The position numbers and the translations under genes were made by a program. A DNA stretch of 64,000 nt, taken from positions 86,390 to 150,389 of the forward strand of contig CAWBBV010000002.1 in assembly GCA_963787125.1 (NCBI GenBank), written 5' to 3'. Positions 39,214-47,925 of the stretch are shown piece by piece. The notes under the pieces were generated by a model. The model did no database searches and was not told the origin of the DNA. It was given only the letters and a program-made list of their open reading frames with translations. The stretch is from an uncultured delta proteobacterium (GTDB lineage: Bacteria; Desulfobacterota; Desulfuromonadia; Geobacterales; DSM-12255). Numbering within the stretch: position 1 is the first letter of the stretch; each line of letters begins with the position of its first letter.

Positions 39214-40503
39214 CTAACGGCTTAAATTTCTTTCCTCCGGCGATTTCCATGATGCAAGCCATTTCAAAGCATCCGTAGTGTCGACCATCTTGCGTGCCAG
39301 CATCAGCCGATCCATTACAGTTTCTCTCTGGTCATCCTCCATGTCGGCAGTTCGACGCTCAACGTCGGCAAAGAATTCCTCGATCCTTTTTGCCTTCGCC
39401 CAAGCATTTATGATCTCGGACAACTCATCCCGGCTGTCCTTGATCGATTTGAGGCGCCGGCGTTCAGCCTCTTCCAGGGCCTGCCTGCGCCTCTCCTCTT
39501 CCCGTCGCTGCCGTTCGATCTCGGCTTGGCGCTCACCTTCCTCAAAACGCTTGACGATGTTTGCTGCTTCGGCTTCAAGCTCTTTTACCAGGTCTGCAAG
39601 CTTTCGCGGGAAGTTGCCGGTTTTCGACTCGCGCCACTGCCGCACCCATGTGACTCTCTGATAGGGAGAGTACACCTGCACGCACAACCGCCTGCTCGGC
39701 AGGTCAGACATGCTTCGCCAGGAATATGATTCATAACGTCTCGGTTTCTTGGCCGGAAGTTCCGATACCCGGGTGTACTTGCCATCCTGATACTCCACTT
39801 CGACATTCTCGCTCATCTCGAATATGGTCACGCCAAAAGCCACGGTGCCGATGAAGATAACGGTCGGCCGTGAAGTGCTCCAGAGATCCGAGTAATAATG
39901 TTCATTGCGACGTCCACAATTTTCTCGTTCATCTACCTCATGGCGATGCAGGTTCTGTCCATACGGTGCCAGGATGACGGAATGACCACGTCTTTCAAAG
40001 GACAGATACAGGGTGTTTGCCACGTCGATCGCCCGCTCCAGGCTTTCCTTTGAGACAATAATGTCAGCTATCAGGTATTTCCTTGGCTTGAGGAAACCGT
40101 TGCGGTTCTCGCCTGCTCCGGTCATGAGTTCTTTGAAACCTTCAAGCAGCGGGTGCTGTTGCGGAAGTGATCGCCGCCGGCTTATTTTACCACTGCTGTC
40201 TTGCGGCACCTGCGGTGGAGGCAGTTGAGCAACTCTTGCATAACCGTCACGCGCCCATTCCAACTCATCACCCGGATTGGCAACTGGCAATGGCGGCTTC
40301 TTGGGGCGTTTGCCGGTCGCATACATTGCCCAGTAGCCCCTTTGTGGCCGAGGGACTTTCAATCGTGTGCAGATGCGGGCAAGGAAACTAGACGATACAT
40401 TGTACTTCAGGGCAACCTTCGTCATTGGCTCGGCCCAGACTTCTTCATACAACAGCTCACGGCTGACGGGATCTTTTTTCTTTGAAGATGTCATTTCTTC
40501 CAC
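39214..40503 (-). CDS. Hypothetical island protein (N-terminal HTH-like, C-terminal coiled coil)
   Basis: 429-aa ORF; SRELLYEEVWAEPMTKVA...PRPQRGYWA. Confidence 0.7.
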   Translation of the reverse strand: MEEMTSSKKKDPVSRELLYEEVWAEPMTKVALKYNVSSSFLARICTRLKVPRPQRGYWAMYATGKRPKKPPLPVANPGDELEWARDGYARVAQLPPPQVPQDSSGKISRRRSLPQQHPLLEGFKELMTGAGENRNGFLKPRKYLIADIIVSKESLERAIDVANTLYLSFERRGHSVILAPYGQNLHRHEVDERENCGRRNEHYYSDLWSTSRPTVIFIGTVAFGVTIFEMSENVEVEYQDGKYTRVSELPAKKPRRYESYSWRSMSDLPSRRLCVQVYSPYQRVTWVRQWRESKTGNFPRKLADLVKELEAEAANIVKRFEEGERQAEIERQRREEERRRQALEEAERRRLKSIKDSRDELSEIINAWAKAKRIEEFFADVERRTADMEDDQRETVMDRLMLARKMVDTTDALKWLASWKSPEERNLSR

Positions 40504-40579
40504 AATTTGACGAAGTGCCTAAAAAATAAGTTATTCATCGGGCTATCCAGGACAAAGTGTTGCTCACACTGATATACGA

Positions 40580-41344
40580 TCAACCACCAACGCCATAAAT
40601 TGAGCGCAGATCCCTGAGAACCTCGCTAAGACTCCTGCTTCTTAACCCCAAGTTTTTCAAATCCACACTCTGATCACTCTCTATTTCATCAAAAAAATGC
40701 CGCAGATCTTCCTTAATGGAGGCTGGCAGACCAATTGATTGCCCTGGGTCGACGATCTGATACAGCCTGAACACGTCATTCTTATGTTTCTTTACGTCCT
40801 TATCATCAATCGCATCGCCGGCTTCACGCCTTTTCTTCAGGTCTAGCCAGGCTCGTGCCTTCAGTGGAATCAGGTAGGCCGGCCCAAGTACGGGTAAACC
40901 GTCTGTCTCCTGTTTCCCGGCATGGATAAATGCATAGTAGTCCTTATCCAGCAGGATGGCTGAGAGACTGGATACCTCTTCATCCATCGGAATTGGGGTC
41001 AGATGGCTGTCGTCACCGATGGTCAAAGCGTCCGGCACGCGCGAAAATAATTCCAGCATCACTGGAAAGGAATCGTCTTCAGGGGTTTTGAACCGATAAA
41101 ACTGTTTCTGGCCTGTGCTTTTCTCTTGAATCTTGTATTTGCCGTTGCCAATAAACTGCCAAAAAGCCGTCACGAAATCACCATCCAGCGCTTCCACGCA
41201 CAGGACGATGTCGAGATCCTTGGTTGCCCGAAACTCCAATCCAACATCTTCCATTACAAGGGAGCAGGCCGTTCCACCAATCAGCACATACCTATCTGCA
41301 AATGGCGCAAAATGTGCTTTGAACCGTTCAATGCCTCTCACCAT
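40580..41344 (-). CDS. Nucleotidyltransferase, AbiEii-like putative toxin
   Basis: LIGGTAC...RATKDLD motif; coupled to upstream gene. Confidence 0.7.
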   Translation of the reverse strand: MVRGIERFKAHFAPFADRYVLIGGTACSLVMEDVGLEFRATKDLDIVLCVEALDGDFVTAFWQFIGNGKYKIQEKSTGQKQFYRFKTPEDDSFPVMLELFSRVPDALTIGDDSHLTPIPMDEEVSSLSAILLDKDYYAFIHAGKQETDGLPVLGPAYLIPLKARAWLDLKKRREAGDAIDDKDVKKHKNDVFRLYQIVDPGQSIGLPASIKEDLRHFFDEIESDQSVDLKNLGLRSRSLSEVLRDLRSIYGVGG

Positions 41345-42324
41345 ACGACTTGCTCCATCATCTTTTCGAGAGCGGACTGCACCCGCTCATCAACGTTATC
41401 CTGCAAGCTCAGGTAAAGAGAGAAGCGATCAACCACGTCATCTTCTCCCTTAAATAGGAGCGGCGAATAATTCCATATTTCAACTTCATGCGACTGCGGT
41501 TCCGCAGCTGGCAGCTCCACGATAGCGTTAATAAGCTTCATCGATTTCCAATCGTCCAGACCCACCGCATATACCGGGATGGAAGGAGACGCAAGCAAGG
41601 TAAAGTGCGCCAATGCCGTCAACCCTGCGAAAACCCCGCACCACTTTTGTTCAGGGGGGCGTATGATTATTCGTCTCTTTACAGGGCTGCGCATGAACTC
41701 TCGTGATCTTTGCCACAAGTCTTTTTTCCCATCGCTAAAGCGAAGTACTCTTTCCCGCCCCTCAGTGACCACTTCTCCCAGCCCGAGGGACACCAATTCA
41801 TCAAAGGCCCGCGTTAACGTCATCACCGTATATCCTAGCTGGTTTGCCAGCCGGGATGGCGTGTAATCCTTTGGTTCGTGCAGTAGCGCATGCAATACAA
41901 CCGCTTGAGTGGAAGGGCTCAGCTTGCCGGGAGCGGCTGACCGAATTTGCCTGAAATGTTCCCGAAGATCGATGCCGAGCATCGGAAGATACATCTGATT
42001 GCCGGGCACTACAAAAGGGACTTTCTGCTCGATTAGTCGCTTGCGGTTGTAGGCAGAAACCGACGAACAAAGGTAGATCACTTCTCCATCCCATTTCGCT
42101 TGAACTTGCAACATTTGTTTTCGAATGATTGCAGGAGTCTGCTCGTTATTGTCGCGCGCAACCATCAACAGACAGGGGGTATTCAGCAGGGAAACTGCAT
42201 AAAATGTGTAGGAATCTCGTAGAAAGAAAGGGAGGCTGTCAACACCTTCCCATTTTTTCGTTGTAGCGGTTATGTCCAGGTTTTCTTTCAGGTGGCGTTC
42301 AAAATCGCGTAATAGGCTTTTCAT
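41338..42324 (-). CDS. wHTH AbiEi-like putative antitoxin/regulator
   Basis: RKRLIEQKVPFVVPGNQMYLP; HTH; VDRFSLYLSL...DERV. Confidence 0.6.
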   Translation of the reverse strand: MKSLLRDFERHLKENLDITATTKKWEGVDSLPFFLRDSYTFYAVSLLNTPCLLMVARDNNEQTPAIIRKQMLQVQAKWDGEVIYLCSSVSAYNRKRLIEQKVPFVVPGNQMYLPMLGIDLREHFRQIRSAAPGKLSPSTQAVVLHALLHEPKDYTPSRLANQLGYTVMTLTRAFDELVSLGLGEVVTEGRERVLRFSDGKKDLWQRSREFMRSPVKRRIIIRPPEQKWCGVFAGLTALAHFTLLASPSIPVYAVGLDDWKSMKLINAIVELPAAEPQSHEVEIWNYSPLLFKGEDDVVDRFSLYLSLQDNVDERVQSALEKMMEQVVW

Positions 42325-42462
42325 ACCCACCCCTTTTAACAGTTTTTATGCACACTAACATGGCTAGTGTTATAGTGCAAATAAAATGTTAGCCTTACTT
42401 TTTCTTATGCATTCTGCCCTCTCTAGCAGCAGCTTAGGATGGAAATAATACATACCAAGAAT

Positions 42463-43793
42463 CAGCATCTTCCGGTTAGGTTTTTGCACGGCGTTTCTTT
42501 TTCTTTAACTGTCTGATCTTGTTTGACTTGCCATGTTTTCTTGTACTTTCTTTCAGCTCTGCTGCTGCTTCATTTGCTATTTGATTGCGTAGTTCTCGTA
42601 CCCTGGAGATGCTGACCGGTTCGTTGTGCTGCTCCCGGCAATAGATGGCGAGCAGCAGATAGGTGATGAGGCCGCCAAGCAGTTGCACCATGAGACCATA
42701 TTTGCTTCGGGCAATCAGGTGATACACCTTGAGATGCCGCTTCCACCAGCCGAAGAAGGTCTCTATGTTCCAGCGCAGCTTGTAAACTTCGGCCACTTCT
42801 TCAGCAGTCAGGTCGTATCGGTTGGTAGCAACCCAGTAATCCTTGCCGTCTATTCGGTAGCCAACAAGGCGCAGCTCTTTCTCAGTCTGACTTATACCTT
42901 TGGTGCCGAGCAGCACGACTCTGTCGTAGAAGACGATACTATCAGGATTGACGGCATTCTCGCTGATGACTGTTTTATGGGTATTCTCCCGAATACGGCA
43001 GACAAAGAACTTTTCGGCGGCTTGCCACTGGTCAAAGTGGTCATGAGACTGATAGCCGCGATCCATGACACCGGTTTCGCCTTTGTCGATGATTTTATCA
43101 ACAAAGGGACGTTCACCTTCTTTGCCGTCAGAGAGGTATATCTTCCGGGGGATGCCCCGGTTGATATCAAAGCCGATATGAGCCTTGGCTTTTTTTGAAC
43201 CGCTTCGGTAATCTGCCCATTCCATTGACAGAACAGCATCTATCAGTGATCCGTCTATGGATATCAGTTTGCCAAGGTGAGCATATTCAACTGGGAGCGC
43301 CTTACCTGCTTGCTTGACAAGGTGGCTGAACACCTCAGCAAGCTGCTCAAGCCCCCTGGTGTTCATTGCCTCAAAGAAAGAGCTTTTCTTGATACCCTTT
43401 GGGGGAGCAATGTACTCCTTGGCAAAGTTGTCCTGCTCTAAAGCCTGAAGAAGTTCGCTCCCTGAGGCATACTCTTGCAGGTGATAATAGATCAGAGCTT
43501 TGAGCTGATCATCAAAAGACATTTGCAACGGGCGGTACCCCCTGGATTCAAGTGTGTTATCTAGTTTGAATCTCTCAGAAACAGGGGCAAGAATCAATTT
43601 GAAAGCACGTGATTTTCGTCGTTGTTTCAGCCTCTTGAATGGTCGCATATCGTAACTCCTGTAATATTGGATAGTTACGAATGCGCGCCCCGAATTTTTC
43701 ACTAAATGTCAAGTAAGAAATACGGTATCACACTGATTTTACAACTTTTTATTTTCTCAAAGAGCTTTGCAAGGACCTAACCGGAAGACACTG
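42463..43793 (-). mobile_element. IS4-family insertion sequence
   Basis: 18-bp inverted repeats (16/18 match) CAGCATCTTCCGGTTAGG / CCTAACCGGAAGACACTG; 9-bp target duplication ACCAAGAAT at 42454-42462 and 43794-43802. Confidence 0.93.
42476..43648 (-). CDS. IS4-family DDE transposase
   Basis: IDGS, MDRGY, YKLRWNIETFF (YREK-like). Confidence 0.93.
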   Translation of the reverse strand: MRPFKRLKQRRKSRAFKLILAPVSERFKLDNTLESRGYRPLQMSFDDQLKALIYYHLQEYASGSELLQALEQDNFAKEYIAPPKGIKKSSFFEAMNTRGLEQLAEVFSHLVKQAGKALPVEYAHLGKLISIDGSLIDAVLSMEWADYRSGSKKAKAHIGFDINRGIPRKIYLSDGKEGERPFVDKIIDKGETGVMDRGYQSHDHFDQWQAAEKFFVCRIRENTHKTVISENAVNPDSIVFYDRVVLLGTKGISQTEKELRLVGYRIDGKDYWVATNRYDLTAEEVAEVYKLRWNIETFFGWWKRHLKVYHLIARSKYGLMVQLLGGLITYLLLAIYCREQHNEPVSISRVRELRNQIANEAAAELKESTRKHGKSNKIRQLKKKKRRAKT

Positions 43794-44091
43794 ACCAAGA
43801 ATAGTCATTCAGCAAATTCTCCGCGAGATTGTCTAAACGTGTTTTCTGAAACTCCCAATCCGGCATCAACTCGGTCAGCAAGCGATAATAGCGCTGGCTA
43901 TTCTCCTGATTCTTTTGTCGTAAAAAAGGTTTTTGCGACAAAAAAACCAGTTATTTTGTCCGATAAAATTTCCCGACTCCTTCAAGAACCAGCGAGACAC
44001 CTGATGAATACAAATTCACATTGATTATTTGCAAATATAAGCAGCGCGTGCTAATTTATGCGCCAAATTCAAACAGGTTAGAGATCAGTGT

Positions 44092-44871
44092 ATGTATCTT
44101 GAGCTAGTCGACAGTTTAGCTGCAGAAGGCCGCTCATGTTTCAGTTACCAGGAATTTCTGAAGCTGTCCGGTTCTTCTGAGATTGCGGTCAAATCGGCGT
44201 TGCATCGTCTGCAGAAAAAAGGCGAGATAGCAATGCCTTACCGTGGTTTTTACGTCATTCTGTTACCAATGCACCGGATAATTGGTTGCGTGCCCCCAGC
44301 CCAGTTTATCCCATATCTCATGGCACATTTGGGAGAGGTCTATTATGCGGGGCTCCTGAGTGCAGCGGAATATCATGGGGCTGCACATCAGAGACCGCAG
44401 GTCTTTCAAGTCATAGTGGCAAAGGTTCGCAGGCCGATCAACTGCGGCAAAGTCAGGGTCGAGTTTGTCTTTCGGAAGAATGCTGCAGAAATTCCAACTG
44501 AGTTGCGAAATACATCAGCCGGGACCATAAAAGTGGCAACACCCGAAGCAACTGCCCTTGATGTGGTCGGCTACGTCAATCATTCTGCAGGCCTGGATAA
44601 TGTGGCAACTATCTTGATTGAATTAGCGGAACGAATCGATCCCAAACGACTTGTCGAGGTCGCCGAACTGTCTCCTGTTTCATATGCACAGAGGCTCGGC
44701 TATTTGTTGGATCTGGTTGGTGAAAAGGATTTGGCAGCACCTCTTGCTGACTATGTTCGTTCGAAACGGCCAATCCCGACAGCTTTAACACCAAGGATAA
44801 GTACCAAGGGAGCCAAGAGGGATCGCCGGTGGCAGGTTTATGTAAATACTGAGGTTGAGCCGGATAGTTGA
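44092..44871 (+). CDS. AbiEi-family type IV antitoxin (no adjacent toxin)
   Basis: YYAGLLSAAEYHGAAHQRPQ, TPEATALD, QRLGYLLD. Confidence 0.8.
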   Translation: MYLELVDSLAAEGRSCFSYQEFLKLSGSSEIAVKSALHRLQKKGEIAMPYRGFYVILLPMHRIIGCVPPAQFIPYLMAHLGEVYYAGLLSAAEYHGAAHQRPQVFQVIVAKVRRPINCGKVRVEFVFRKNAAEIPTELRNTSAGTIKVATPEATALDVVGYVNHSAGLDNVATILIELAERIDPKRLVEVAELSPVSYAQRLGYLLDLVGEKDLAAPLADYVRSKRPIPTALTPRISTKGAKRDRRWQVYVNTEVEPDS

Positions 44872-44925
44872 GTTTAACGATTTGAGATATATGCCTACTG
44901 AAAATGCTTTTTCTGGAGAACTACC

Positions 44926-47022
44926 ATGAACCATCACGAACTCGCAAATTTTATCTGGAACATCGCCGATCTTCTGCGCGGTCCCTACCGGCCACCACAG
45001 TATGAGCGAGTCATGCTCCCTTTGGTAGTGCTTCGCCGTTTCGACTGCGTTCTGGAGCCTACCAAGGCAAAAGTGCTGGCCGAATACGACCGGCGTAAAG
45101 ATGGCAAGCTTGGCGACGATGGCTTGGACAAAATGCTTAACAATGCCGCTGGTCAGCGCTTCCACAACCATTCCCCGCTCACTTTCGAAAAGCTCAAAGG
45201 CGACCCCGACCATATTGACAAGCACCTGGTCAGCTACATCAACGGCTTCTCGGCGAATGTCCGCCGCATTTTCGATTATTTCGAGTTTGGCAACGAGATC
45301 GAGAAGATGCGCGAATCAAATATTCTTTACCTCGTTGTTTCCAAGTTCTGCGAGATTGATCTGCATCCTACTGTCGTGAAGAATGAGGATATGGGGTTGA
45401 TCTTCGAAAACCTCATCCGCAAATTTAACGAACTTGCCAACGAGACCGCCGGGGATCACTTCACTCCGCGCGAAGTCATCCGTCTCATGGTCAACCTGTT
45501 GTTCATAAATGACGACAAGCTGCTTGCCATGCCCGGCACAGTGCGTAAGCTCCTTGACCCCGCCTGCGGCACCGGAGGTATGCTCGCCGAGGCGCAAAAC
45601 TACCTGCGCGATCACCATAAGGAGGCCCGACTCTTCGTCTACGGCCAGGACTACAACAAGCGGGCCTTTGCTACCGCTGCATCCGACATGCTCATGAAAC
45701 AGGTTGATCACAACGGCGGCGGTGACAACGTCCGCTTTGGTGACACTTTTCTTGAAGATCAATTCAGTGAAGATAATTTTGATTATTTTCTCTCCAATCC
45801 TCCCTTTGGTGTGGACTGGAAGAAACAGCAGAAGGAGATTCAGCGCGAAAGCGAAAAACTCGGCTTTGGTGGCCGTTTCGGCGCTGGGACGCCACGAGTC
45901 AACGACGGGGCGCTCCTCTTCCTTCAGCACATGATCAGCAAGTTTGAGCTGGTGTTGCCCGGCCAACACAAGCACGGCTCACGACTGGCCATCGTTTTCA
46001 GTGGATCGCCTTTATTTACTGGAGGCGCTGGCTCTGGTGAGAGCGAAATTCGTAAGTGGATCATTGAGAATGACTGGCTGGAGGCGGTCGTTGCCCTGCC
46101 GGAGCAGATGTTCTACAACACAGGAATCAGCACCTATGTCTGGATTCTCACCAACCGAAAGAATGCAAGACGTAAGGGGAAAATACAGCTATTTGACGCC
46201 CGTAACATCTATGTCCCGCTTCGCAAAAATCTGGGCAATAAAAAACGTATGATTGGTAATGGCGAAGACGGTACACCGGATCAGATCAGCGACATAGTTA
46301 AAGCGTTTGGAACGATGGAAGAATGGCGGATTGTGGAGTGGACGGATAAGCTCGGCCGACGTGTTGATTTGCAACTCATCCCGCCTAATGCAACAGTGCC
46401 CGATGCACTTGAATCGCAAAAAGTTGAAGTTAATCCCATATCAATGGTTTTTGATAATAACGAATTTGGTTACACCCGCGTTACAGTAGACCGTCCACTT
46501 CGGCTTAGATATCAAATGACTATTGACGACAAAGCCCGTTTTCTCGACGCCTGCCCTCACTTGCTTGACGATGTGCAGGCAATTGATAAAGCCCTTGGTC
46601 GTGAACCACATCGCGACTGGAATGTAATTAGCAAACGTATCCAAGATATCCTCCGCGAATGTCGATCCAAATGGAAGGCACCCGAACTCAAACTTTTCAG
46701 AGATGTGTTCACTGAGAGAGATCCAGATGCAGAGCCAATACTCAAGGGAGGCCGCGATGAGGGCTTCGAGCCAGACGGTGCCTTGCGTGACTTTGAGAAC
46801 ATTCCACTCAAGGATGATGTTAACGAATATTTTAGCCGAGAAGTTGTTCCTCACGTCCCCGATGCCTGGATGGACCGGAGCAAGGACAAGGTGGGGTACG
46901 AGATTAATTTTAACAGTCATTTCTTCAGATTTACTCCACCGCGAGAACTGAAGGAGATTGATGCCGATTTGAAGCAAGCAGAAGAGGAGATTATGCGGCT
47001 TCTGAGAGAGGTGACGTCGTGA
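44926..47022 (+). CDS. hsdM: Type I RM methyltransferase HsdM
   Basis: HFTPRE, DPACGTGG, NPPF, FYNTGI. Confidence 0.96.
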   Translation: MNHHELANFIWNIADLLRGPYRPPQYERVMLPLVVLRRFDCVLEPTKAKVLAEYDRRKDGKLGDDGLDKMLNNAAGQRFHNHSPLTFEKLKGDPDHIDKHLVSYINGFSANVRRIFDYFEFGNEIEKMRESNILYLVVSKFCEIDLHPTVVKNEDMGLIFENLIRKFNELANETAGDHFTPREVIRLMVNLLFINDDKLLAMPGTVRKLLDPACGTGGMLAEAQNYLRDHHKEARLFVYGQDYNKRAFATAASDMLMKQVDHNGGGDNVRFGDTFLEDQFSEDNFDYFLSNPPFGVDWKKQQKEIQRESEKLGFGGRFGAGTPRVNDGALLFLQHMISKFELVLPGQHKHGSRLAIVFSGSPLFTGGAGSGESEIRKWIIENDWLEAVVALPEQMFYNTGISTYVWILTNRKNARRKGKIQLFDARNIYVPLRKNLGNKKRMIGNGEDGTPDQISDIVKAFGTMEEWRIVEWTDKLGRRVDLQLIPPNATVPDALESQKVEVNPISMVFDNNEFGYTRVTVDRPLRLRYQMTIDDKARFLDACPHLLDDVQAIDKALGREPHRDWNVISKRIQDILRECRSKWKAPELKLFRDVFTERDPDAEPILKGGRDEGFEPDGALRDFENIPLKDDVNEYFSREVVPHVPDAWMDRSKDKVGYEINFNSHFFRFTPPRELKEIDADLKQAEEEIMRLLREVTS

Positions 47023-47925
47023 CATGGCAGCATGCTAAATTGAAGTTCATCACTCGATTTGGTTATGGAGATGCACTTCCCGCTGATGAACCACAAGAAG
47101 GCACCTTTCATGTATTCGGCTCAAACGGCCCTTATGCGATGTTTTCCCGTCACAACGTAAGCGGCCCTGCGATCATTGTCGGACGTAAAGGCTCGTATGG
47201 AAAAGTAAATTGGAGTACTAAACCATGTTTCGCTTCTGACACGACTTTTTTTATTGATTCTTCAACAACTATTCATGATCTCCGCTGGGTCTTCTGGCTT
47301 TTGCAAACGCTTCAACTTGACGAGGGCTCTAACGAGGCTGCAGTTCCAGGTCTGAATCGTGAAACAGCCTATGACAAGGATGTAGTGCTTCCGTCACAGA
47401 GGGAGCAACGCGCCATCGCATCTTACCTCGACCAGGCAACTGCAAAGCTTGATGCTATGCTGGCTGCCAAGCAGCGTCTGTTGGATTTGCTGGAAGAAAA
47501 ACGGCGAGTACTCATCACTTGCGCTGTTACCCGTGGATTGATCCCCAATAATCAAATGAAGGACTCTGGCGTTGAGTGGCTGGGACCAATTCCGATAAAT
47601 TGGAAAACAAAACGAGTCAAATATTTGTTTCGTCTTGTTACAGAACCAGCACCACCTGATAACGATTTTGAGTTGCTCTCCCTTTATACTGAGGTAGGTG
47701 TACTCCCTCGAAAAGATATAGAAGCAAGAGGGAATAAAGCTACGACAACTGACAATTACTGGCTTGTGAAACCTGGCGATTTGGTTGTAAACAAACTACT
47801 CGCGTGGATGGGCGCTTTTGGCGTGTCAGGGTATGAAGGGGTAACAAGTCCTGCCTACGATATTCTCCGGCCACACGACGGAGTTAATCCACTTTATTAT
47901 CACCACCTGTTCAGATGCGGTATCC
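47019..47925 (+). pseudogene. hsdS: Type I RM specificity subunit, C-terminally truncated
   Basis: TRD1, EQRAIASYLD...KDSGVEWLGPIP conserved region and partial TRD2, then runs out of frame into hsdR sequence (ORF stops at 48233). Confidence 0.8.
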
